Of a stretch of DNA of 64,000 nucleotides, positions 9,883 to 19,119 are shown in pieces. Source of the stretch: Candidatus Omnitrophota bacterium (GTDB lineage: Bacteria; Omnitrophota; Gorgyraeia; Duberdicusellales; 4484-171); contig JBDRAN010000059.1 of assembly GCA_043823745.1 (NCBI GenBank), forward strand, positions 9,105 to 73,104, in the 5' to 3' direction. Every line of letters begins with the position of its first letter. Within the stretch, counting starts at the first letter, position 1. The translations under genes were made by a program, and so were the position numbers. Below the pieces are notes generated by a model. That model made no database searches and had not been told where the DNA came from. It saw nothing but the letters and a program-made list of their open reading frames with translations.

Positions 9883-9940
9883 ATCCCGACAGCTAAGCAC
9901 TGCGAAAATTTATACTAAATTTTCTTGTAGCCGTCGGGAT
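9883..9940. repeat. Family B palindromic element copy 2
   Basis: ATCCCGAC...GAAAATTT..AAATTTTC...GTCGGGAT. Confidence 0.6.
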
Positions 9941-9980
9941 GCTTCGCTCCATAGGAATGGGGCTCGCAAGGAGGTTTTAG

Positions 9981-11438
9981 ATGAAGGTTTTATTTGTGCA
10001 ACCAAAAATCGGCGCGTGGGCAACACATGGAACACACTTTGCACCGAATCAGCTGTACGCGCAATGGGGAGCGTATATTCGCGCCAAGGGGTATAGTAAC
10101 CTTGAGGTGTTGGACGCGACGGTTCTCGCTATCGGGCTTGAGCAGATCGGGGAAAAAGTTAAAGAAAAAAATCCCGATGTCGTCGTGCTTGGCGATATGA
10201 TTCATTGTTCTGTCGGTTTTGGCATCATCTGGCATTTTAACCAGGCCGCCGCGCGCGTTAAGCAGGCGCTGCCAAAAGTGAAAGTGGTGATGGGCGGGCT
10301 GTGGTATTCCGCGCTTCCGGTGCAAACGTTAGAGGACAATCCAGCGATTGACTATGTGGTTATGGGAGAGGAAGAATCATTTTTTGATCTCATTGACGCG
10401 CTTGCCAAAGGCAAAAGCACCAAAGATATTGGCGGCGTTACTTCGCGCGTAGACGGCTTGCCCGTAATGGGCCCGCATAGGCCTTTACTGCAGGATTTAG
10501 ATCAGCTGCCGCTTCCGGCGTATGATTTGTTTCCGATGGATAAATATGTGGGGCATACCTTCTGGAAGCCGTTTGTGGAAATGATTACTTCCCGGGGGTG
10601 TCCTTCAGCGTGCACATTCTGCTACGAGTGGGATCAGTATGATCCTCGTTCACCTAATGATTTTTTAACCTGGCGCGCAAAATCTCCGGAGCGTGTTATT
10701 GAGGAGCTCGAGCTCTTGCATAAAATGGGCACGAAAGTCGTTGTTATCCAGGATGATAATTTCAATGTGGATGCTAGCCGCGTTGAGAAGTTTTGTCAGT
10801 TGAAAAAAGCAAAGAATAATCCGATTAAATGGGTGTCGCTCGGCCGCGCCGTTGACTGGGTCAACTGTGAAAAAATATTGCCGCTTATGAAAGAAACCGG
10901 TATGTTTATGGGGGTTTTCGGCATTGAGGTCACCACACCGGAAGAGCTTAAGAAAATAGCCAAAGGTATCACTATCGATCAAATCAAAAAGACCATTGAT
11001 ATTTTGCGTGCGCAAGATATCGCCATCGTCGCGGATATCATGATGGGCTTTGATGAGGACACGGAATATTCGATTAAGCAGCGTTATGAGTTTACCGATG
11101 AAGTTGATCCTGATATTCTGTGGGTCGGGTATGTTACGCCGGCCCCTAATTCTCCTATTTGGCGCCAGAGAGTCAAGCGCGGCGAGATCGATATCAAAAA
11201 GATTGATTTTCTTAAATGGGATTTTCTGCATCCGGTCATGGCAACCCCGCACCTTTCGCTTGAAGATTATGGAAGGCTCGGAGCGTGGTGCATGCGTGAA
11301 TTTTTTTCAAAGCCCGGTAGGATCCAGCGCATTATGACCAGCAACTTCGATCCCTTGGCAAAGCTTTGTTTTGAGGATGTTATGCGCGGGGTAACCAAGT
11401 GGGAAGCCGGCGCGGTGAAGGGAGAGAAGCATATTTAA
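9981..11438 (+). CDS. Cobalamin-binding radical SAM enzyme (BchE/class B-like)
   Basis: N-terminal B12-binding-like domain; SRGCPSACTFC (CxxxCxxC); DDNF; FGIE. Confidence 0.88.
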   Translation: MKVLFVQPKIGAWATHGTHFAPNQLYAQWGAYIRAKGYSNLEVLDATVLAIGLEQIGEKVKEKNPDVVVLGDMIHCSVGFGIIWHFNQAAARVKQALPKVKVVMGGLWYSALPVQTLEDNPAIDYVVMGEEESFFDLIDALAKGKSTKDIGGVTSRVDGLPVMGPHRPLLQDLDQLPLPAYDLFPMDKYVGHTFWKPFVEMITSRGCPSACTFCYEWDQYDPRSPNDFLTWRAKSPERVIEELELLHKMGTKVVVIQDDNFNVDASRVEKFCQLKKAKNNPIKWVSLGRAVDWVNCEKILPLMKETGMFMGVFGIEVTTPEELKKIAKGITIDQIKKTIDILRAQDIAIVADIMMGFDEDTEYSIKQRYEFTDEVDPDILWVGYVTPAPNSPIWRQRVKRGEIDIKKIDFLKWDFLHPVMATPHLSLEDYGRLGAWCMREFFSKPGRIQRIMTSNFDPLAKLCFEDVMRGVTKWEAGAVKGEKHI

Positions 11439-11441
11439 TGA

Positions 11442-11536
11442 GTCCTGTTTTTGCCTCAGTTGATTATTTTCGCAATTTCCTGTGCCCCAAAAGCGTAGGA
11501 AATTGCGAGAGAAACTATCGGGTGCAAAAACAGGAC
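11442..11536. repeat. Family A palindromic element copy 3 (reverse orientation)
   Basis: TTTTGCCTC..TTGATTATTTTCGCAATTTCCT-loop-AGGAAATTGCGAGAGA..TATCGGGTGCAAAA. Confidence 0.85.
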
Positions 11537-11635
11537 GAATTACCCCGGACCACTTTCAAAAAAAATCGAAGAGATTTTTTGAACATGTAGGTGGTTCTGG
11601 TTGTATCTTCTCGATTACTAAGCAATTTTAAATCT

Positions 11636-12523
11636 ATGTTGTGTGACGCACATCTTCATTTTATTCCCGAAGAGCTCGCCGGCCACACCTCTTTTTATAA
11701 AGGGGTATGGACGGACAAGGGGAAACTGTACGCTTTTCTTGATGCCCAAGGTATCGAGAGGGCACTCCTGGTGTATCCTTCGACGGATGCTCATTTGAAG
11801 CTTGGAGGGTATGCGCGTGTGTGCCATATGTATAATGCTTCCTGTCTTTCCCTTGCGAAAGAAAACAAGAAGATTATCCCCTCTGCGATTGTCGATATCG
11901 AAAACCTTACCGACATTACTTCTTGCGTTGCGGCGTTGCGTCAGGATGGTTTTCGCGCGATCAGCCTTGCCTCAAGCTACGCCGGCCGGTTCATCATTAA
12001 GGAACTTATACCTCTTTTTGAGGCGGTCGAGAAATATGGACTCGCAATTTTTGTCCACCCGCAAACTATAAACCCCATCGGTTTTGATCGTGTTAATGAT
12101 CCGCTGCTTATGCCGGTGCTTGAGTATAGCTTTGACAGCTCCATGTTTATGGGGCTTTTAATGATGGAGGGGGTTTTAGAAAAATTCGATATCCCTTTTA
12201 TCTTTTCATCATTAGGGGGGGTAATGCCGTTTTTAAAAGAGCGCTTTGACCGCGTCTACGGGATGCTTAGAGCCCGCAGTATCGTGAAAGATTTAGGGAA
12301 AAATCCCTCCGAGGTTCTCAAAAAAGTTTATGTGGATACTTCAAGTGCGTCTCTTGTACACATCAGGCTTGCGATTGAGCTTTTCGGGGAAGATAAAATT
12401 CTCTGGGGTTCTGATTATCCGGTGGCAGGCGATGTGACTGCAAGTATTGCGATGTTTGATGCGCTTGACCCGGCTCTAAAAGAAAAAATTACCGGTAGTA
12501 ACTTTCTGAAGCTTTTTGGTTAA
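11636..12523 (+). CDS. Amidohydrolase_2 family protein (decarboxylase/hydratase-like)
   Basis: DAHLH, FVHP, YVDT and LWGSDYP motifs. Confidence 0.85.
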   Translation: MLCDAHLHFIPEELAGHTSFYKGVWTDKGKLYAFLDAQGIERALLVYPSTDAHLKLGGYARVCHMYNASCLSLAKENKKIIPSAIVDIENLTDITSCVAALRQDGFRAISLASSYAGRFIIKELIPLFEAVEKYGLAIFVHPQTINPIGFDRVNDPLLMPVLEYSFDSSMFMGLLMMEGVLEKFDIPFIFSSLGGVMPFLKERFDRVYGMLRARSIVKDLGKNPSEVLKKVYVDTSSASLVHIRLAIELFGEDKILWGSDYPVAGDVTASIAMFDALDPALKEKITGSNFLKLFG

Positions 12524-12619
12524 CAGTAACACGTATCACGTACCACGTAACATGTTTTTTATATAGTCAAAAGGCCTGATACCTGCTACGTGTAGCGTGC
12601 TACAGATACGTTTAAATAA

Positions 12620-13423
12620 ATGAAAATATATAATAACGGTCAATTAGTCGATAAAGAGGGTATGCTTGAGATTTTTGAACCGGGGTTTCTTTTTGGCTGG
12701 GGAGCTTTTGAGACACTGCGCGCCTACCAGGGAAAGATACCGTTCCTGGCGCAACACATCGCGCGTCTGAACGAAACCTCAAAACATCTTGCGCTTGAGC
12801 TCGTGAGTCTTAACTTCGAAGAAATAATCAAAACGTTATTGCGCGAGAACAATGTGCTCGATGCCTACATACGTATTACCGCGTACAAGAGACGAGAAGG
12901 CACCGGTGTTCTGGTGTATATCGATCAATTCGGTTATTATCCGCAAAGCGTTTACGATAAGGGTTTTCGCGCTATCTTCACGCGCCATCGCCGGGATGCG
13001 GGGAATTATTTTTCAAAGATAAAGGCGCTCAGCTATCTTGAAAATCGCATGGCCTGGCACTCCGCGCAGGCCTCCGGCAATGATGAGGCGCTTATCTTAA
13101 ATAAAGAAGGGTTTTTGGTTGGAGGGTCTCGGAGTAATTTATTCTTGGTACGTAAAAAAGAAGTGCTCACGCCTTCGTTTGCAAATGGTGCGACAAATGG
13201 GATTACGCGTGATATAGTTATGGAATTGGCGCGTCAGATGCATATTGAGGTGCATGAGGCTGAACTTACCCAGGAAGACCTTTTTAGTTGTGATGAAGCT
13301 TTTCTGACTAGCGCTTTACTGGAGGTTATGCCTTTGGTAGAATGTGATGGTGATCCTATCGGTACCGCAAAGCCCGGCCCGGCCACACGTTTATTTTTAG
13401 AAGAATATAGGAAAAGTTTATGA
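12620..13423 (+). CDS. PLP-dependent class IV aminotransferase / ADC lyase family
   Basis: G.FETLRAY.G, H..RL, K...Y, GITR and DEAFLTS motifs. Confidence 0.85.
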   Translation: MKIYNNGQLVDKEGMLEIFEPGFLFGWGAFETLRAYQGKIPFLAQHIARLNETSKHLALELVSLNFEEIIKTLLRENNVLDAYIRITAYKRREGTGVLVYIDQFGYYPQSVYDKGFRAIFTRHRRDAGNYFSKIKALSYLENRMAWHSAQASGNDEALILNKEGFLVGGSRSNLFLVRKKEVLTPSFANGATNGITRDIVMELARQMHIEVHEAELTQEDLFSCDEAFLTSALLEVMPLVECDGDPIGTAKPGPATRLFLEEYRKSL

Positions 13424-14370
13424 CAATGCATGATCTAAAGTTTTCCCCCTTATTCTGTCCCATTCACTTGAAAGCGGATAGTATCGCTATCCTTGATGAG
13501 ACGCTTCTGCCCCATAAAGTCAAATATATTGAAGTCAAAGACTATCGCGCGGCCTGCGATGCTATCAAGGGGATGAAGACTCGCGCGGTCGGACAGGTTA
13601 TTCTTGTTTTTTATACGTTTCTTTTGACCATACGTAAGAACCAGGATAAAAAAGATCTATTGCCTCTTTTAGAAGAGGTGGCGCAGGCAATCAACGCGAC
13701 CCGGCCGACATTATCGTTTAAGTATTTAACCGATATGATTCTGGGTTGGGCCCAAGCCGGGGCGCCCCTCGAGAAAAGTATTCTTGGATTTTTGGAGGGG
13801 CTTAAATACACGCGAATCGAGCAAGCCAAAGAAGCTGCGGCACTACTTTCTGACGGCGATACCATACTCACACATTGTAACATCAGTGGCCTTATGCCTT
13901 TAATTGGCCAGCTTGCCCACGCTGGAAATAAAAAAGTAACTTTCTTTGCTACCGAAACCAGGCCTTATTTGCAAGGTTCCCGGCTTACCGCCTGGGAACT
14001 AAAAGAAGCTGGTTTTGAGGTAATAGTTATTACTGATAACATGGTTGCTCAGGTAATGCATGAAGGAAAGATTGATAAGGTTATTGTGGGGGCAGACCAT
14101 CTTGCTGTGAACGGTGATGTTGCCAATAAGATCGGTACCTATCAAATCGCGATTGTCGCGCGAAACTTCAATATTCCTTTTTACGTGGTTTGCCCACCGG
14201 CTTCACGCGCCAAAAGCGGTAAGGATATTACCATCGAGATACGGCCGGATAAAGAATTGCTTGAGTACCAGGGTCTTCGGCTTGCGCCCAAGGGAGCACG
14301 AGGGTATTATCCGGCGTTTGACGTGACACCGAATGAGCTTATTAGTAAACATATTTATTTTAAAATATAA
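13420..14370 (+). CDS. mtnA: MtnA-like methylthioribose/deoxyribose-1-phosphate isomerase (eIF2B family, divergent)
   Basis: LD.TLLP, ATRPT, LTHCN, ETRPYLQGSRLTAWEL, VGAD, NKIGTY and PAFDVTP motifs. Confidence 0.8.
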   Translation: MTMHDLKFSPLFCPIHLKADSIAILDETLLPHKVKYIEVKDYRAACDAIKGMKTRAVGQVILVFYTFLLTIRKNQDKKDLLPLLEEVAQAINATRPTLSFKYLTDMILGWAQAGAPLEKSILGFLEGLKYTRIEQAKEAAALLSDGDTILTHCNISGLMPLIGQLAHAGNKKVTFFATETRPYLQGSRLTAWELKEAGFEVIVITDNMVAQVMHEGKIDKVIVGADHLAVNGDVANKIGTYQIAIVARNFNIPFYVVCPPASRAKSGKDITIEIRPDKELLEYQGLRLAPKGARGYYPAFDVTPNELISKHIYFKI

Positions 14371-14483
14371 CACGATTACCCTGATTTCCGCCACTTTGAT
14401 ATTTTATGTCGGCTGGTCCGCCTCCGGCGGAAGAGAAAGATTGCACAGGTTAATAACGATCTGCGCAAATACAAAAAGGAAAT

Positions 14484-15488
14484 ATGATAATCAATAACAA
14501 CGAAAAAATATTAAAAAAAGAAATAATCAATATTGGTAAAAAATTATATGAGTTGCGCCTTGTGGTTGCGCGCGCGGGAAATTTGAGTGCGCGGCTTGAT
14601 GGAAACACTGTCTTAGTTACTGCGAGCGGTACAAGTTTGGGGAATCTCACCGTAGATGATATTATCCGGATTGACATCCATAATGAGGAGGATGCAAAAA
14701 ATCCCCGTATAACGTCCGAGTTTCCTTTGCATCGTCTCGTGTATAAGAATTTTCCAAACAAAGTAACCATTCATTGCCACCCCACATTGATTAACGCTTA
14801 TTTTGCCCTTTTCTCTGACTTAAAGGCATTGACGTTTGAAACCAAACTTTATGTGGGCACCATTCCGGTTGTCGAGCAAGACACCCCATCAATCACGAAA
14901 CCGCAACTCGTGATTGATGCGTTAAAAATCAGCAATCTGGTTGTTATAAAAAATCATGGCGTGGTTGCAATCGCAGATACATTTAGGGATGCGTTATATG
15001 TAATCGAGACTTTGGAAGAGGCAGTAAAGGTAGCAGCAACTGCTCGTTTATTTAAAAAAGAAATTCTTGATAGTTTAGATACGGAATTAAAAGAAAATTT
15101 TCAAAGTGATTCGGCATTCGTAATGTTTTCAGAAGATCATATTCGCGCTATCGTGGATTTGGTAAATAAAGATGAGCTTATTGCAGCCAAAGGCAAAGAA
15201 TTGGATTTGACGTTAAAGCTGGCCATACAACTTGACGGTCATGACAAAATCTATAAATTTAATTTCGAAAAAGGAACAATCGTCAAATTAGATTTTGATG
15301 CAGATGCTCCCTTTGTGATCTCTGCGCCGACTGATGTTTGGGAATTAATCTTTTTGGGAAAACTTGATCCCTTTGTCGCCACCACACAAGGAAAAATGAA
15401 ATTACAGGGGCACTTAGGCCAGCTGAGCCGCTGGTATGTGCCGTTTACCCGGCTGTTTCAGTTGTTTAAACAAGTAAGAATTAAATAA
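14484..15488 (+). CDS. Class II aldolase fused to a C-terminal SCP2 (sterol carrier)-like domain
   Basis: GNLS.R, SE..LH..VY, HCHP and NHG Zn-aldolase motifs; C-terminus with W...F.GKLDP..A..QGKMKL.G (SCP2-like). Confidence 0.8.
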   Translation: MIINNNEKILKKEIINIGKKLYELRLVVARAGNLSARLDGNTVLVTASGTSLGNLTVDDIIRIDIHNEEDAKNPRITSEFPLHRLVYKNFPNKVTIHCHPTLINAYFALFSDLKALTFETKLYVGTIPVVEQDTPSITKPQLVIDALKISNLVVIKNHGVVAIADTFRDALYVIETLEEAVKVAATARLFKKEILDSLDTELKENFQSDSAFVMFSEDHIRAIVDLVNKDELIAAKGKELDLTLKLAIQLDGHDKIYKFNFEKGTIVKLDFDADAPFVISAPTDVWELIFLGKLDPFVATTQGKMKLQGHLGQLSRWYVPFTRLFQLFKQVRIK

Positions 15489-15534
15489 TAACGCGAATAA
15501 ATTCACGTTTTTTCGCGCAATACAAGGAGGCCTT

Positions 15535-16347
15535 ATGGATTGGGGAATGAAAAATCGTTTAGAGCAACTTATTCCAAAAGGTCGGTGTTTCTTTTTGCCC
15601 ATCGACCATGGATATTTCCAAGGTCCAACTCGTTGCCTTGAGCAACCCGGAGAAACCATTAAGCCTTTGCTGGCGTATTGCGATGCCTTGTTCGTCACGA
15701 GGGGGGTATTGCGCGCAGCAGTAGAACCAGCTCTTGGTAAACCTATTATATTAAGGGTATCCGGCGGAACAAGCATGGCGGGAAAAGATTTAACCGATGA
15801 AGGAATTACAACTTCCATAGAGGAAATCATCCGCGTGAACGCTTCGGCAGTTGGCGTTTCTGTTTTTATCGGCAGCGACCATGAACACAAAACATTAATG
15901 AGCCTGGCACATATGGTCAATGAATGCGAAACGTACGGAATTCCGGTTATGGCGGTGACCGCAGTGGGAAAGGAACTGGAAAAACGTGATGCGCGCTATC
16001 TTGGTTTATGCTGTCGCATCGCCGCGGAACTCGGCGCGCGCATTGTAAAAACATATTGGTGTGAAGGCTTTGATAAAGTAGTGCGTGGTTGTCCCGTGCC
16101 CGTAGTGATAGCCGGCGGACCTGCATGCGATACAGAACATCAGGTATTCGAATTCGTCCATGATGGGATCACACGTGGCGCTATCGGCGTAAATCTGGGA
16201 AGAAATGTCTGGCAGAGTCCCCATCCCGTTGCGATGGCAAAAGCATTACGGGCAATCATTCATGAGAACGTCTCAGTCAAAAAAGCACAGGAAATATTTA
16301 ATGAGGAAGCATCTTTTTCGAAGCGGCGCAATAGAAAAAGTGGGTAG
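15535..16347 (+). CDS. lsrF: LsrF-like class I aldolase/thiolase
   Basis: MDWGMKNRL, DHGYFQGPT, AAELGA..VKTY, IAGGP and GRN.WQ motifs. Confidence 0.88.
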   Translation: MDWGMKNRLEQLIPKGRCFFLPIDHGYFQGPTRCLEQPGETIKPLLAYCDALFVTRGVLRAAVEPALGKPIILRVSGGTSMAGKDLTDEGITTSIEEIIRVNASAVGVSVFIGSDHEHKTLMSLAHMVNECETYGIPVMAVTAVGKELEKRDARYLGLCCRIAAELGARIVKTYWCEGFDKVVRGCPVPVVIAGGPACDTEHQVFEFVHDGITRGAIGVNLGRNVWQSPHPVAMAKALRAIIHENVSVKKAQEIFNEEASFSKRRNRKSG

Positions 16348-16374
16348 TCCAACAGGACACCCGGCTGGGTAGCC
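16347..16374 (+). repeat. ~28 bp repeat, family D copy 1
   Basis: GTCCAACAGGACACCCGGCTGGGTAGCC; related copies at 32721, 32826 and 37769 (reversed). Confidence 0.75.
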
Positions 16375-16588
16375 GAATTAATCCCGCCGTATAAAGCGAA
16401 GGCGGGATAATGAGTTTAATGATGTTAAGGGGAATAAATAAAATCCGAAGCACGAAATCCGAAATACGAGACAAACCTGAATGTCCGAATTTTCCAAAAT
16501 TCAAAAAGAGTAGTTCTTGTTATTGGTTATCCGTGTTTTGGGAACTTAAACATTGTTTCGGATTTACCTCTTAATAAGGAATAGTTAT

Positions 16589-17620
16589 ATGAAAGTAGCA
16601 ATGTATTACAGTAATAGCGATGTTCGTATCGAAGAAATGCCAAAACCAACAGTCGGTGCTGTTGAGCTCTTGCTTAAAGTAAAAGCCAGCGGTATCTGCG
16701 GTAGTGATGTTCTAGAATGGTATCGAATAAAGAAAGCGCCCATTGTGTTAGGCCACGAGGTTACCGGAGAGATTGTCGAACGAGGCTCTGCGGTAAAGCG
16801 CTATAACATTGGCGATAGGGTTTTCGTTTCGCATCACGTGCCGTGCAATAGCTGCCGTTATTGTCTTAGCGGAAATCATACCGTATGCGAGACTTTGCAC
16901 ACTACGAATTATTATCCGGGAGGATTTTCAGAGTATATCCGTGTACCGCAGATTAACATCGAGCGAGGCACTTTTTTACTACCTAAAAACGTTTCTTTTG
17001 AAGAAGGAACTTTCATTGAACCTTTAGCATGCGTAATCCGCGGGCAAAGGTTAGCGGGCCTTACGAAAGGCCAAAGCATACTAATACTGGGAGCGGGTAT
17101 TTCGGGGTTGCTCCATTTATTAGTGGCACGCACTAGAACAGATGCATGCGTAGCGGTCACTGATATTAACGAATATCGTTTAACGATGGCAACGAAATTT
17201 GGGGCAGACGCTGCCATAAACGCCAAAGACGATATTGCCCAACATTTCCGTCGCATCAATAACGATAGATTGGCGGACGTAGTAATCGTATGCACCTCTG
17301 CAGTGTCTGCATTCGCGCAAGCAATGAGATGCGTGGACCGCGCAGGCACCATTCTTTGCTTTGCTTCTACCGAACCAGGCATTGATGTTGCGGTTCCGGT
17401 GAATGATTTCTGGCGCAAGAGCATTAAGATTGTACATTCCTACGGTGCAAGCCCTTCTGACTTAAACGAAGCTCTAGAGATTCTGCGCGACAAAGAAGTT
17501 AGTGTGGCAGGCCTCATTACCCATCGTTTAAGCCTGCCAGAGGTAGGTTTAGGTTTTAAGCTTGCTAGTGAAGCTAAAGAGTGTATTAAGGTGATTATTG
17601 TTCCATTAAATAAAAAATGA
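16589..17620 (+). CDS. Zn-dependent alcohol/polyol dehydrogenase (MDR)
   Basis: GICGSD, LGHE, C..C..C...C Zn motifs; EPLAC; GAGISG. Confidence 0.9.
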   Translation: MKVAMYYSNSDVRIEEMPKPTVGAVELLLKVKASGICGSDVLEWYRIKKAPIVLGHEVTGEIVERGSAVKRYNIGDRVFVSHHVPCNSCRYCLSGNHTVCETLHTTNYYPGGFSEYIRVPQINIERGTFLLPKNVSFEEGTFIEPLACVIRGQRLAGLTKGQSILILGAGISGLLHLLVARTRTDACVAVTDINEYRLTMATKFGADAAINAKDDIAQHFRRINNDRLADVVIVCTSAVSAFAQAMRCVDRAGTILCFASTEPGIDVAVPVNDFWRKSIKIVHSYGASPSDLNEALEILRDKEVSVAGLITHRLSLPEVGLGFKLASEAKECIKVIIVPLNKK

Positions 17621-19113
17621 CCCCACATTATTCTTTATTTATTAACGGTGAGTTTAGGGATACGAAGATAGACCAGAATGTTATTAATCCGGCAAACGGA
17701 GAAATTATCGCAACCGCGTCAGTAGCAAGCCTTGCCCAGGTGGGTGCGGCGGTTGACGCTGCCCGGCAGGCGTTTGACAGCGGGCCATGGAGAACGTTTA
17801 GTCGCATTCAGCGTAAAGAAGCTCTTTTGAAAATAATGCAGGGCATTCTTGAAGAAGCAGGTACGCTTGCCGACCTTGAAACAGCGAACGTCGGAAAACC
17901 CATCAAAGAATCTACGTTCATGGATATACCAGCGTCCGCGGCCACCTTTGAGCATTTCGCTCATAACCTGGATCGGTACTTGCAGAGCGAAAATATTGAG
18001 ATCAATTCAAATATCGCCCAGGCTAACGCGACCATCGCTCGTGAGCCGGTAGGAGTAACGGCATTGGTCGTGCCCTGGAATTACCCTTTACTGATTGCTT
18101 CATGGAAGCTGGCGCAAAGTCTTGCTGCCGGCAATACCGTTGTGCTTAAGCCCTCGAGTCTTACGCCGCTTTCAGCGCTCCTGTTGGGTACGATTATACA
18201 TAAAGCAGGGCTTCCGGCCGGTGTGGTTAACGTTATTAATGCGCCCGGTGAAGCAGTAGGGGAGCTTTTGTGCGGTGACCCGCGCGTTGACATGATTTCG
18301 TTTACCGGTTCAAATACTGTCGGCAAAAAAATTGTAGGCTACAGCGCAAGACATGCCAAAAAAACCATTATGGAGCTGGGAGGAAAATCAGCCGGAATTG
18401 TTTTAGCTGACGCTGACCGTGAGTTTGCGGTTAATGGCTCGCTTTGTTCTATATTTCTAAATCAAGGCCAGATGTGCACCGCGATGTCCCGGATTCTTAT
18501 CCATGAGCGTCTCTACGATAGGTTTGTCAGTGATTTTGTAGAAAAGGCAAAACGGATTAAGCTCGGTGACCCGCGTGATTTCGAGACGCAGATGGGCCCG
18601 CTTATTTCGCGCCGGCAGCAAGATGAGGTCTGTGCATGTGTCGAGCGAGCAGCGGCGCAGGGCGCGAAAGTGCTCTGCGGGGGAAAGATCCCGCGCGCCC
18701 CCCAATTTTCGCAAGGATTTTTCTTTGAGCCCACGGTACTTGAGAACGTTAACCCTGATTCAGAAGTTTTCCGGGAAGAGGTATTCGGGCCGGTTGTCTG
18801 CGTAAGCAGCTTTAAAACTGACGAAGAAGCGATTGCGTGCGCAAACGATTCGCGCTTTGGCCTGGCGTCTTCGGTATGGTCAGCCGATACCTCAAACGCG
18901 CGCTCGCTCGCGCAAAAAATTAGCGCCGGTACAGTTTGGATCAATACGTATGGAATGTTTTTTAACGAGCTTCCCTATGGAGGTTTTAAAGAAAGTGGTT
19001 TTGGCAAAGAGTTGGGGAAAGAAGGGTTGCGTGAGTATACGCGGCTTAAGAACGTGGTTGTTGACGCTACGGTCAACGCGCGGCCGCTCGTGCATTATTG
19101 GTATGGGTTTTAA
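17617..19113 (+). CDS. NAD-dependent aldehyde dehydrogenase
   Basis: PWNYP, FTGS, MELGGK, GQMC, EEVFGP and YGGFKESG motifs. Confidence 0.93.
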   Translation: MTPHYSLFINGEFRDTKIDQNVINPANGEIIATASVASLAQVGAAVDAARQAFDSGPWRTFSRIQRKEALLKIMQGILEEAGTLADLETANVGKPIKESTFMDIPASAATFEHFAHNLDRYLQSENIEINSNIAQANATIAREPVGVTALVVPWNYPLLIASWKLAQSLAAGNTVVLKPSSLTPLSALLLGTIIHKAGLPAGVVNVINAPGEAVGELLCGDPRVDMISFTGSNTVGKKIVGYSARHAKKTIMELGGKSAGIVLADADREFAVNGSLCSIFLNQGQMCTAMSRILIHERLYDRFVSDFVEKAKRIKLGDPRDFETQMGPLISRRQQDEVCACVERAAAQGAKVLCGGKIPRAPQFSQGFFFEPTVLENVNPDSEVFREEVFGPVVCVSSFKTDEEAIACANDSRFGLASSVWSADTSNARSLAQKISAGTVWINTYGMFFNELPYGGFKESGFGKELGKEGLREYTRLKNVVVDATVNARPLVHYWYGF

Positions 19114-19119
19114 TACGCT

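Noticed and set aside
9981-11438. bchE (bacteriochlorophyll anaerobic cyclase)
   Set aside because: Family resemblance only; no photosynthesis genes, and the context is a PKS cluster
15535-16347. Complete AI-2 (lsr) quorum-sensing operon
   Set aside because: Only lsrF is present; no lsrK, R, G or ACDB in the window
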